Both the position numbers and the translations under genes were made by a program. Shown here piece by piece: positions 8,071 to 17,500 of a stretch of DNA of 40,560 nucleotides. The stretch comes from a phage. Below the pieces are notes generated by a model that was given only the letters and a program-made list of their open reading frames with translations, was not told where the DNA came from and ran no database searches. The stretch lies in sequence record QB031379.1; one strand, 5' to 3'. Each line of letters begins with the position of its first letter. Position 1 is the stretch's first letter.

Positions 8071-8094
8071 ATTCCTCAATAGTGAGTCGCATTA
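8071..8094 (-). promoter_or_regulatory. Phage-RNAP promoter (phiOL-like): TAATGCGACTCACTATTGAGGAA
   Basis: T7-type core with G at -13 and A at +2; position upstream of the host promoters matches T7 phiOL. Confidence 0.55.
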
Positions 8095-8274
8095 AAGGCT
8101 ATTGACCATCAGCCACCTTTAAGGCACTATAGGCACTCAGTCGATTCTACTTGTCCCTCTCATCACTCAGGGACTGCTAAACAGAGTGAGATAGTGATTT
8201 CCCTTTGTGACGAAGCCTATTGGTCACTGATAAACATAAGGCACTGACTGAAGGTTAACATAAGGATAAGCAGG

Positions 8275-8326
8275 CATAAGGTGATGACATAAGGTGTTGA
8301 CATAAGGTGATGACATAAGGTGATAA
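8275..8326. repeat. Four tandem 13-bp repeats (cataaggtgatga-type); the heptamer CATAAGG / CCTTATG recurs at least 10 times between 8236 and 8680
   Basis: Seen directly; flanks the inferred terminal repeat on both sides, analogous in position to the T7 CCTAAAG repeats near its genome ends. Confidence 0.8.
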
Positions 8327-8346
8327 CTCAAAGGTCACTTACAGAT

Positions 8347-8540
8347 AGGGACACAGAGAGGACTACATATAGTGGTCATAAGGTATCACTAAGCACCATA
8401 TCTAGTGGTTACACCTAGAGTTAACCCAATGTCTCACAAAAGGGTTGACTTCAGGTAAACCATGAGTTACCATAGAGGAAGGCTCTTTGGGTGGACTGAA
8501 GGAGGCCATAGGGGGGACTCGGTGTTTATGAACTATGAGA
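8347..8540 (-). repeat. Inferred terminal repeat region and concatemer junction (single collapsed copy); physical left end at about 8540 on the - strand
   Basis: Revcomp from 8540 reads TCTCATAGTTCATAAACACCGAGTCCCCCCTATGG, resembling the T3/T7 left ends; revcomp at 8336-8360 reads CTCTCTGTGTCCCT ATCTGTAAGTG, matching the T7 repeat boundary and CJ-like ATCTGT element. Boundaries approximate. Confidence 0.5.
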
Positions 8541-8770
8541 TACTCACTCAGATTTTTCTGTAGGATTCTTAAAGGGGTACATCAAGTCTCATAAGGTTAA
8601 CCACAGAGGCTCTATCATAAGGTTAGACTACGTGAGAGACCCTAAGAGACCCTGTAGACCATAGAGGGTACATAAGGGTTACTCTTAGAGTTGACTTCTT
8701 ACAGTGATTATAGGGAAGATGTATATCGACCATAATCACTAAGAGCGCGCACTAAGCGCCAATGAGTAGT

Positions 8771-8926
8771 CTAAGAAACACAAGTGAGTAGAGAACAAAG
8801 CAGAGTCTCCAGTTCGCCGATGTGTTCAGCACTAGATGCGAGGCCAATGGAAGCAGCAAGTACAACGAGAAATTTGTAGGTCACTCGATGCGTTGCCAGT
8901 GTCTTGAGCACGGATAGTAAGCGCAT
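8771..8926 (-). CDS. gp19.5-like small protein, 51 aa
   Basis: Hand-translated MRLLSVLKTLATHRVTYKFLVVLAASIGLASSAEHIGELETLLCSLLTCVS; RBS AAGGAGG; resembles my recollection of T7 gp19.5; last gene before the genome end. Confidence 0.6.
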   Translation of the reverse strand: MRLLSVLKTLATHRVTYKFLVVLAASIGLASSAEHIGELETLLCSLLTCVS

Positions 8927-9081
8927 AGAGCGTCCTCCTTGTTATACTTGATGGTTACACTGTTAGTAGGGATGTAATTACTATTACTATCATCCCTCAC
9001 TGTAAGGGTCTCTAAGAGTAGTCACTAAGTATGCACTTTGCATATGCAGTCTATAAGTGTCTTTAAGTTGTCTTAGGGTGC

Positions 9082-9105
9082 CCTTCCCAATAGTGAGTCG
9101 TATTA
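9082..9105 (-). promoter_or_regulatory. Phage-RNAP promoter (phiOR-like): TAATACGACTCACTATTGGGAAGG
   Basis: Full consensus between the terminase gene and the gene 19.5 ORF. Confidence 0.8.
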
Positions 9106-9192
9106 ATTTCTTCATGTATATCAGTAAGTTACTTAATGGTAACGTAGCGGTACTAAGTGCTTACCTATGCACCTTTCCCGCATACTTATCTA

Positions 9193-10950
9193 TTACCACT
9201 CAATGAAGCAGCTAGAGTCTCCATCGTCCTCATAGTAGATGTCCACGCCACCAACATCGTAGCTATGGATAGCATCACCACCAATGGTCTGTTTCTCCAT
9301 GTGATGTTCAAGGAACTCAAGGGTCATCTCTTCTTCACCGATACGGCTGTCCACAAGCATCCCCTCGCGTAGCCATTCGATACCCAATGCGATAGCATCA
9401 AGTCGGTCATCGTGTGCCACAGCGCCTCGCTCACGAGTCATACGGGTCATCTGATAGAACGCACTGTAGCGAACATCATGTTTCCCATCAAGGTCACGAG
9501 CAGTCTGGTAGTCCTCACGGATAACCTCATCACGAATGACCAGCTTGTGTGCACCCATCAACGGTTCGATAGTATCGCAGATTCGCATCTCCTTCATGCC
9601 CTTAGCACGGATTTCCTCTAAGGCACACTTATGGTTCTTCAGGAGAATCGGAGAGAAAATCTTACCGAACATACCATCACCGAAGTTGGACTCATGGACG
9701 ACTGTCTGTACCTTCCACTGCTTGGCCTTCTTAGCGAGCTTCTCTAAGGTAGCATCATCGTAGCCACCACGGAACCCTCCGACTTCCATCAGGTAGATGT
9801 AACCGTTCAGTGAGTAGAGGACTGCATACCCGGTCTCATCCTTACCACGACCACTTGGGTCAATGACCAGAATCTTAGACTGATACTCAGCGGTGCGAGA
9901 AGAGCACGTATGGAACGCATGGATGTCATCACCCTTCAGACCAACGTTAGGGAGTTCCTCATTGCGGTTCTGACGGTTCGGCAACCACTGGTAAGACAAT
10001 GGGGCACGTTCAGGGTCCACAGCGCACACGATAGCATCACGGAGTCGTAGCGGGTACTTCTCGGCATCACTAAGGTTCGGGTTAAGCATGAACTGAAGTG
10101 TGTAGCCAGCTTTACCATATTCGAGTTCACGTTCACGGAGGTCATCCATATCGAATCGAACAGGGTCAGTAGGTTGACCACGGAGTAACTCGAAGCCATC
10201 ATCATACTCTTGCTTAAGCATAGGAGCCAGTCGGTCGCCATAGTAGAGAGCCTCAGCGTCATTACGTGGATACTGTGCTGGCCAGATTACTGTGCTGTAC
10301 CCTTTGTTGTCCTCAAGTTCCTTGTAGAGAGTCATCTCGGTTTGAGGTGTCCCAAGGTAGATAACACGAGAGGTAGGCAGTGGCTTAAGTAATGCAGCAA
10401 ACTCAGTTACCAACGTCCAGAGCTTCTCACGGGCAGAACTCGTAGAGCTATTACCGGGAACCTCAACGTCATCTGCGATAATGATGTCAGCACGACTACC
10501 AGTCAACTGACCAGTGATACCCACAGACTTCACAGAAGGTGAGTGGTCGGGTTTCGCCAAGCCAACGTCGAAGCTAATCACGGAGTCACGCTGTCCCGGT
10601 CGAGGTTTCAACTCAGAGAGGAACGGAAGGAGGTCGATGATGTTCTTGATGAAGATGGAGTTAGCATCAGCACGTTCCTTAGAGGCAGACACGATGAGCA
10701 CCTTGAGTTGAGGGTCACGCCATAAGACCCACACAACGAATGCACAGGTGATAAATGACTTGCCGATACCACGGAACGCCTGAAGGATAAACTTCTTGTG
10801 GTCGCCGTTAGCGAGTGTACGTGCCATATCAATCTGACACTTGGTTGGTTTAGGTAAGTTCAGAGCCTTCCATAAGACGAACAGGAAGGCCACGAAGTCA
10901 CCCTTAAGTTGCGCCACGATGAGCGCATTCTTGTTTGCTTGAGTAGACAT
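9193..10950 (-). CDS. Terminase large subunit / DNA maturase B (T7 gene 19 homolog)
   Basis: 585 aa; colinear with T7 gp19 as I recall it; RBS AGGAGG upstream of the ATG at 10950. Confidence 0.95.
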   Translation of the reverse strand: MSTQANKNALIVAQLKGDFVAFLFVLWKALNLPKPTKCQIDMARTLANGDHKKFILQAFRGIGKSFITCAFVVWVLWRDPQLKVLIVSASKERADANSIFIKNIIDLLPFLSELKPRPGQRDSVISFDVGLAKPDHSPSVKSVGITGQLTGSRADIIIADDVEVPGNSSTSSAREKLWTLVTEFAALLKPLPTSRVIYLGTPQTEMTLYKELEDNKGYSTVIWPAQYPRNDAEALYYGDRLAPMLKQEYDDGFELLRGQPTDPVRFDMDDLRERELEYGKAGYTLQFMLNPNLSDAEKYPLRLRDAIVCAVDPERAPLSYQWLPNRQNRNEELPNVGLKGDDIHAFHTCSSRTAEYQSKILVIDPSGRGKDETGYAVLYSLNGYIYLMEVGGFRGGYDDATLEKLAKKAKQWKVQTVVHESNFGDGMFGKIFSPILLKNHKCALEEIRAKGMKEMRICDTIEPLMGAHKLVIRDEVIREDYQTARDLDGKHDVRYSAFYQMTRMTRERGAVAHDDRLDAIALGIEWLREGMLVDSRIGEEEMTLEFLEHHMEKQTIGGDAIHSYDVGGVDIYYEDDGDSSCFIEW

Positions 10951-10965
10951 TGTGGCCTCCTATTG

Positions 10966-11523
10966 TTACTTGGCAGGTTTCTCTAAGGCAGCAATGCGCT
11001 TCTCTAGAGCCTTGATAGTGTCGGTCTTAGATACAGCCCCGTCGATGTTACTAGGTTGGAACATAACGGAAGCGCTCTTCCCTTCGCTGTCCACGAACTG
11101 TGTACCAAATTCACTATCAGACGCAGAAAGCGTTGCACCAACTAAGGAAGCCATACCACCTTCAGGTTCAGGGTCAGCACCAGTCCACTCTTTGTATACG
11201 TCGATTCGAACCATACCGAGTCGCTCAGCGCTTTGCTCATTCAGGAACACCGTCATGAACCCGCTACCCGGTTTAGACTCGACGGAGCCACCCCAAGTGG
11301 ACATAAGGGTCTCGAACGTAGCATGTTGCTCAGTGGTGCCATCGCTAAGTTGAACAACGTATTCAACCTTAGAGTAGCCCTCAACCTTAACCATCTCCGA
11401 AGCTGGGATGTCGATACGCCCAACACGAATACCAATATTGTTGAGGTCATACACATCACGACTGTCTGGTGAGCGACCATTGATGGTCCAGAGTGTACGG
11501 GTTCTTGAGTTTGTAGTAGCCAT
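10966..11523 (-). CDS. Hypothetical 185-aa late protein inserted between the spanin genes and terminase; no T7 counterpart recognised
   Basis: ORF track; strong RBS AAGGAGAAATAAT-ATG; tightly packed (stop 16 nt before the gene 19 start); acidic, Cys-free, no hydrophobic segment, C-terminal helix-like KTDTIKALEKRIAALEKPAK. Confidence 0.7.
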   Translation of the reverse strand: MATTNSRTRTLWTINGRSPDSRDVYDLNNIGIRVGRIDIPASEMVKVEGYSKVEYVVQLSDGTTEQHATFETLMSTWGGSVESKPGSGFMTVFLNEQSAERLGMVRIDVYKEWTGADPEPEGGMASLVGATLSASDSEFGTQFVDSEGKSASVMFQPSNIDGAVSKTDTIKALEKRIAALEKPAK

Positions 11524-11524
11524 A

Positions 11525-11968
11525 TTATTTCTCCTTCTTAGATTGCATTTCAGTTATTGTATTTTGGAGCGCTTTAATCCACGCATCCCCTCTTTGAGTT
11601 ACTCCGATAAGACGCTTACTAAACTCTTCGTCAAGTTCGGCTCGACCATCAACGAGGCATCCACCGTTAGCTTGGAGTTCTCGTGAGGTGGCTGATAGTT
11701 TGACGCGCAAGCGCTTACCATCGTTACGCAAATCATTAATGACCCTATCAGTGCTGCCTTCCAGCGCCGCAAGGTCTTCTTGGTATTGTCGTGAGACTTC
11801 ATTGAGAGCAGCCTGTTTATCCGCAGTCGCCTCAACTTTCTTAACGTACTCATTGTGCACCTCCTGTTCCCATTTAGTGTTAGCCTTGTCATAGCCGTGG
11901 TTGTACGCAAGGGTCATCCCCAAGACAAAAGCCGCAGCGATGGCGTAGCTCTTTAAATTCTTGAGCAT
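11525..11968 (-). CDS. Rz-like i-spanin (T7 gene 18.5 homolog)
   Basis: 147 aa; N-terminal membrane anchor MLKNLKSYAIAAAFVLGMTLAY then a charged coiled-coil region. Confidence 0.85.
   Translation of the reverse strand: MLKNLKSYAIAAAFVLGMTLAYNHGYDKANTKWEQEVHNEYVKKVEATADKQAALNEVSRQYQEDLAALEGSTDRVINDLRNDGKRLRVKLSATSRELQANGGCLVDGRAELDEEFSKRLIGVTQRGDAWIKALQNTITEMQSKKEK
11599..11853 (-). CDS. Rz1-like o-spanin lipoprotein embedded in the +1 frame of gene 18.5 (T7 gene 18.7 homolog)
   Basis: ORF-track frame trimmed to MSTLRKLRRL...; putative lipobox ...MVSAC; ...LMVEPNLT... matches T7 gp18.7 as I recall it. Confidence 0.7.
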   Translation of the reverse strand: MSTLRKLRRLRINRLLSMKSHDNTKKTLRRWKAALIGSLMICVTMVSACASNYQPPHENSKLTVDASLMVEPNLTKSLVSVLSE

Positions 11969-12020
11969 AACTACCCTCCTGTATTTTCAGATTTCACGTA
12001 GCGTCACCGTGAGTTGTGTT

Positions 12021-12066
12021 GATAATTCATAAAGACCACTAGATGTAGTGGCCTTGAGTATTACCA
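12021..12066 (-). promoter_or_regulatory. RNase III processing hairpin (R18.5-like)
   Basis: gataattcataaagaccactagatgtagtggccttgagtattacc; between gene 18 and gene 18.5. Confidence 0.5.
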
Positions 12067-12336
12067 TCAGTTAAGCGTGTACTTCTCATCCTCAGTGAGA
12101 CCATCGGCACCAACTAGGTTCTGGTACTCTTCGAGTCCATCTGCCAGTCCACCAAGGATGTTACGGTCTGGCTGTAACTTGGAGACTTGGAACTTGTGGC
12201 GCTCTAACAGTTTCCCGATAGCGTTATACAGTTGAGGTGTGCGCTTATCGTCATCCTGAAGGTCTTTCAGCATACGTTGAGCCATCTCAGTGTCCAGCAT
12301 CTCAAGGAATTGAATCAAAGATTTATCGTTAGACAT
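12067..12336 (-). CDS. Terminase small subunit / DNA maturase A (T7 gene 18 homolog)
   Basis: 89 aa acidic protein between the holin and spanin genes; size and position as in T7. Confidence 0.8.
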   Translation of the reverse strand: MSNDKSLIQFLEMLDTEMAQRMLKDLQDDDKRTPQLYNAIGKLLERHKFQVSKLQPDRNILGGLADGLEEYQNLVGADGLTEDEKYTLN

Positions 12337-12535
12337 CTTTACCCTCCTTCTTCCATTTGATAATCACATCGACTACCTTGGCACCAATTTGAGCCACTGT
12401 GTAGGCAATTGCGGCTACATAGAACCACTCGTTGAGTGACAGGCCGAAGAACAGACGGGCAGCACCATCGGCTACGCCTGTCCCTACAATCGGAGCAGCC
12501 TTCACTACCTCGTTGTTAAAATCTAAAGACAACAT
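12329..12535 (-). CDS. Holin (T7 gene 17.5 homolog)
   Basis: 68 aa; MLSLDFNNEVVKAAPIVGTGVADGAARLFFGLSLNEWFYVAAIAYTVAQIGAKVVD is near-identical to T7 gp17.5 as I recall it. Confidence 0.9.
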   Translation of the reverse strand: MLSLDFNNEVVKAAPIVGTGVADGAARLFFGLSLNEWFYVAAIAYTVAQIGAKVVDVIIKWKKEGKDV

Positions 12536-12581
12536 TGTGTCCTCCTTATTGTTGAGACCATCCGTGGTCTTTGTGTTGTCC

Positions 12582-14513
12582 TTATTGGTTTTGGACTAAG
12601 ATTCGCGTAGGGACTGAACGGTTGTCTTGGTCGTTACGGAAAGTTCGCCCGTTGTTAGAGATTGTGAACTTAAGCCAACCACCATCAGATGAGATGAAGT
12701 AAGCCGCATTGTCACCAATAGGCACAGCGTTCCAGCGTCCGTTAGTCTGAATCCAGATGGTTCTCCAACGAACATCCTGTGAGAGACCTACGGAAACACC
12801 ACCACCAGCAGAGCCGCTCCAGACCTCAGCCCACCCAGCGTTCTTATTGACGTATCGACCATCAGCTTGCGCTTGAGTTAACCGTCCATTGACTAGGTTG
12901 TTTACTTCGCTTTTATTGTAGGCATGTTCTCCAAGGCGTTTGTTGACCCAACCGTCGATGTAAGAATCATACTTCTTGATGTATAAGTTACCATCTGGCG
13001 GGATGTTCCACCCGGAGCTAGATGATAGAGTACCATTCGAGTCAAAAGAATATTCCCTGTTAGCTGCCTGACCAAAGTTGAATCGCCAAGCCCCAGCACC
13101 GGGGTCTTTGTAGAGATAACCATCAGTGTAGGAATCGCTGGTTTTCATTTGAATATGCCGCCGAGCAGAGTTAATCATCATCAGGTTCTGTGAGCGAGTC
13201 TGTAAAACCCCCCTTGCGTCGATTGAACCATCTGCACTAAAGTTAGTCTTAGTGGTAAGCGAGCCATTAATTTGCAGGTGTGCGTCTTGAGAATCAGCCC
13301 CACCAAACTGCAAGTACATCCCATACCCTTTACCATAATTAGACCCGAACTCCAGCACGTTACCACGTCCAGAATCATTACCCCAAACAAAGATGTCCCA
13401 AGCGCGCTCTTTGTGGTCTCTGTTGCGAAGGCGTAGCGTGTTATCATTTAGGAACGCTGTGTTTGGTTGTACCCCAGCATGGATAGAATCCTTAGCAAGC
13501 ATTGTATTCCCATTCACGCCACCCTTGAAGTTAATATCCTTGCCGTTACTCCCAATGCTCTCAATGGTTCCCGCTAGGTCATTCATATTACCCAACTTGT
13601 CGGCCTCAGACTTAGCACGGTCAGCCTCACTCTTAGAGCGGTTTGCCTCAGTGTTGGCTCGGTCAGCATGTCCCTTAGCGGTAGCAACGTGTGCAGCAGC
13701 TTTGGCAACCTCAGCAGCAGCCTTAGTCACTTCTCCGGCAGCACGATTGGCCTCATCACTGGCACGATTGGCCTCAGAGTTAGAACGGTCAGCTTGCTTC
13801 TTGGCCTCAGCGACACTTGCGGTCATACTATCAGCATAACCTTTAGCTCGGTTAGCCTCAGAGTTGGAACGGTCAGCTTGCTTCTTGGACTCAACCGCCT
13901 GTGCCGTAGAGACGCCTGCCTGTTGGGTTGAGCGGTCAGCTTCACGTTTTGCACGGTCAGCTTCATCTCGCGATCGGTTAGCCTCAGTGTTAGAGCGGTT
14001 AGCGTGTTCATTGGCCTTGTTAACAGCGTTCCAAGCAGACGACTCGCGCTCTTTTACTTGCTTCAGAGGGACAGCATCGTAGTCACTGGTAGCGAACGCT
14101 AGGTTCACAATCTTACGACCACGGGCATCCAAGTGACCATCATTGTTGACACCAATGGTATCCGCAGTTAGGTCTCGTGCCTCTTCAGCTACGTGCAGCG
14201 TCTGAATCTGTGAGATGTTAAGGTCATACGCACGAAGGATTGAGCCATCAGCAAAGTCAACCAGACGGTCGGTTGCAGAAGTGAATCGACGAATCTCAAT
14301 CATCTGATAACCATCGGCAGCAGTCCACGCACGGGAGGTTGTGATTTGGGTCTTAGTGGTAAAGCGATAGTCCTGATTGAGAACCAACTCTTTACGGTCT
14401 TTCCCGATGAGTGTCACTTGGACGAACTTACGTGCTAAATACTCAAAGGTAATCGTGAAGTTCACGGCACCGTTCAGTGGGTAAGTACGTACAGTGGAAA
14501 TTTTGTTAGCCAT
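12582..14513 (-). CDS. Tail fiber protein (T7 gene 17 homolog) with expanded repeat-rich shaft
   Basis: 643 aa (T7 about 553); the N-terminal attachment region and the C-terminal tip (...WSGSAGGGVSV...SSDGGWL...) resemble T7 gp17; middle contains ADRSNSEANRA-type repeats. Confidence 0.9.
   Translation of the reverse strand: MANKISTVRTYPLNGAVNFTITFEYLARKFVQVTLIGKDRKELVLNQDYRFTTKTQITTSRAWTAADGYQMIEIRRFTSATDRLVDFADGSILRAYDLNISQIQTLHVAEEARDLTADTIGVNNDGHLDARGRKIVNLAFATSDYDAVPLKQVKERESSAWNAVNKANEHANRSNTEANRSRDEADRAKREADRSTQQAGVSTAQAVESKKQADRSNSEANRAKGYADSMTASVAEAKKQADRSNSEANRASDEANRAAGEVTKAAAEVAKAAAHVATAKGHADRANTEANRSKSEADRAKSEADKLGNMNDLAGTIESIGSNGKDINFKGGVNGNTMLAKDSIHAGVQPNTAFLNDNTLRLRNRDHKERAWDIFVWGNDSGRGNVLEFGSNYGKGYGMYLQFGGADSQDAHLQINGSLTTKTNFSADGSIDARGVLQTRSQNLMMINSARRHIQMKTSDSYTDGYLYKDPGAGAWRFNFGQAANREYSFDSNGTLSSSSGWNIPPDGNLYIKKYDSYIDGWVNKRLGEHAYNKSEVNNLVNGRLTQAQADGRYVNKNAGWAEVWSGSAGGGVSVGLSQDVRWRTIWIQTNGRWNAVPIGDNAAYFISSDGGWLKFTISNNGRTFRNDQDNRSVPTRILVQNQ
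13768..13894. repeat. Two copies of a roughly 45-bp direct repeat (about 90 percent identical, about 80 bp apart) inside the tail-fiber gene
   Basis: attggcctcagagttagaacggtcagcttgcttcttggcctcagc and gttagcctcagagttggaacggtcagcttgcttcttggactcaac; encode the repeated KKQADRSNSEANRA shaft motif. Confidence 0.7.
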
Positions 14514-14560
14514 CTGTAGCCTCCTTTGGTTAGGTATAATAGGAGGGAAGCTGTGAGAGC

Positions 14561-14583
14561 CTTCCCAATAGTGAGTCGTATTG
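14561..14583 (-). promoter_or_regulatory. Phage-RNAP late promoter (phi17-like): CAATACGACTCACTATTGGGAAGG
   Basis: Consensus core upstream of the tail-fiber gene; transcript 5' end forms a GGGAAG/CUUCCC stem. Confidence 0.85.
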
Positions 14584-14584
14584 T

Positions 14585-17500
14585 TTACTTCTTGTCAGCC
14601 TTAATGTGAACACCGTTGGCCTCATAGAACTTAATGAGCATCTGTTGAGAGATTGGGTCGTTAGGAATCATCTCTCGGTGAGCATTCATTAAGCCAGTCA
14701 TCATCTCACGCTCGGTCGGTTTGTTAGGAGCCGTAAGGACACCATAAGCATTTCGACCAGTAGCTAGAGCAGCACCAGCGAAGCCAAGAGCAGGAACCTG
14801 TTCACCAATAGCGCCCATAATGGAATCACCCATGTCACGAGAAGTCACCGCCTTGTTGCGCTCACGCTTGTCATCACCTTTCGGTAGAATCGTAGAGCGA
14901 ACCATGAGACCTTGGTCATAACCAGCAGCACCCATAGCGAAGTTTGCGATACTCAGAGGCGACCCAAGGTGTGAACTTCTGGACGCAGCAGCATAGGCAA
15001 TCATCTTAGGGTCAAGGGCTTTCTTCAAGTAATCCTTCTGTTGCTCTTTAGGAAGACCAGCAGCCTTCATGTGTGCCTGTGCAACATAGTAGGAGCCAGC
15101 AATGCCACCAGAGATAGCATAGGTCAGCGCCATGTCCATAGCACGATGGTTCTTAAAGGCTTCGTGACCGGAGCGGATAAACTTAGAGTTCATCGATTTG
15201 ATTACGAATGACTTAAACTGAAGGACTAACTTAGCGGTAGCACCAAACGCATGGGAATCCTGTAAGGAAACCTTATGAGGTCGGAGCATCGTTTCATCAG
15301 CAACCTTGTCAGCTAAACGCCATAAGTCCATAGCACGAGGGTCATTAGCCAGCTTACGCTTATCCTTGAAGGTGAACTTACCGTCTTCACCACGAGTCAC
15401 GTTCTCCCGGATGAGAGACTGAATGCCTTCCCACTGTTCCTTAGAGATACTCGCAGACTTCAGCATGTCACCTTTAACCCACTTGTTGGCACCCTTGCCT
15501 GTAATAGCATGAGTGACCACATCACCCATCACGCCCTGTCTAGCCATGTCCAGAAGGTAGTTTGATGTACCATTGAGGAACTTGGTGAACGGGGAACGGG
15601 CAGCTAACTCTTGAGTCGCATGTTTGACAGTACCAGCAACCTTAGCGGCTACATCTGGTGTATCAGTGGACTCACGGAGACGCTGAATGATGTCCTGACG
15701 GGACGGTCGGATTAACTGGTCGAACTCTTTACCGAACACCATAGAGTGGAGTTCTTTGAGTTCACTACCGGAGACAGGCTTGTTGCGGAACGCTAAGTCA
15801 CGCAGAGCCGGGACACCATGAAGCATCGCACGGATGTTACCCTTCGCCAGCATACCAGAGATTTCAGTTAGGTTCTGCAAGCCCATGTAGGCGTTCTTCG
15901 TGAAGAAGGACATATCGGACAGAGCGCGAACCATAGTGTCACCTACAGTATCCTGATTGCGACGAGCACGACCAGTGAGAATCTTAACGGTATCTTTCAG
16001 TGCTTCCACTTCACCTTTCATTGTGCCTTTACCTTCAGACTTCTTATCAAGAGCCATAATAGCGTCCTTGAGTTCAGCAGTAGTCTTGCCTGTACCTCCC
16101 ATGATAGCAATATCACCATCAACACGGCGGTCATATGCTGGCATCACATGCTTCATATCGAAGTCACGGAGGTCATTCACAGAGAACTGTTGTCCATTTG
16201 GTAGAGTGACTGACATGTCAGAATCAAACAGGTTACGGGCTTCAAGGAAGGAGTTGTTCTCAATCCCAACGAGACCCTCAATGTTATCGTCGATGACACT
16301 TGAAGAGTTGAACTCATCGGTCTTCGCAATACCATAAGCCTTGTCTCTGGCGTACTTCTCAACCATATCCATAGTCACCTCTTGTACTGATTGAGGTGCA
16401 TTACCCGATGTAGCCTCACCAACAGTAGTGTCTTCACCGCCACCAGTAGTCTTCTGCCCTTTGGCAGCAGAGGCGGCTTCCTCAGCTTCGGCGGTTGCTT
16501 TGGTGATTCTGTCTTGGACCTTAGCAGCCTGTCCTTTCATGTAGTCGAGACGCTCTGTGTTAATACGGATGTGAGACTTCTGGGTCTCAATCATCTGCTT
16601 CCGGCTCTCAATCTTAACAGGAATGGTTTTGCTATTAGGTTTAGCAGCTAGTTTTTCTTCCAACTCCTTCAGTTTAGCCTCATGCGAAGCCAGTCTGTCC
16701 TTGGAGTTCTGGAGTTTCCTTTCACGGTCCGCAACTCGCTTCTCAGCGTTGGTCATGACGTCTTTTAGTTCCGATACCTTATCACTTGCCTGTGTAGCTG
16801 CATCGTCCAGTTTCAACTGGTAACTGGCTGTGTCGACAGAAGAGGGCTTATTGGGTGTAGTCACCGCAGTCTTACCCGCTGGTTTGGATGCCCGTAATTG
16901 CTCTGCCAGCATCTCATCAACACGGGCCTTAACTTCAGGACGTGAACGATAGGATGTCATCCAGCTTGCAGCAATCGCTTCCTGTAAACCATCAGAACCA
17001 CCAAGAGCCTGTGAGTACAACTGCTTGGCTTCCCGTGAGTACACATGAGGAACGTAAGTCCCTTTGTGACGACTGTTAGGGAAGATAGAGTTGGCCTTGT
17101 TACCAAACATCGACGGGTTCTCCATCATCTCACGCTTGAGGTCAAAGTGTTCCTTCATGATGTCCATCACCTTACGTTCTGCCTTGGTCAAGTTGGCCTG
17201 AAGTTCAGGTCTCTCGATAGCCACAGCAGCACGACGATAGATTTCTTGACGGGCACCTTGAGCACCACTCTTGAACATACCCACAGACCACTCAGGGTCA
17301 GCCATCGCTTCCTTCATTGCACTATAGAGGTCATTGTAGGTTCGCTGGTTGGTACTGTGCAGTCTCTCTTTGATGTCAGATGCAGTAGCACCAAACTTAC
17401 CATGTGAGCCTGACTCCATACCTGTAGGTGAGCGCACTAAGTCCTTAGCGAGACCACGGATTTCAGCATGTTCTGAACGTAGAGTTCTCAGACCGATTTC

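Noticed and set aside
8275-8326. Tandem 13-bp repeats considered as a possible CRISPR array.
   Set aside because: The units are 13 bp with no spacers and no cas genes; they are part of the terminal heptamer-repeat field typical of T7-like genome ends.
9936-10832. Out-of-frame - strand ORFs embedded in the terminase gene (9936..10262 and 10608..10832), possible counterparts of T7 19.2/19.3.
   Set aside because: No RBS or recognisable sequence features; T7 annotates embedded ORFs here but I cannot confirm homology from memory.
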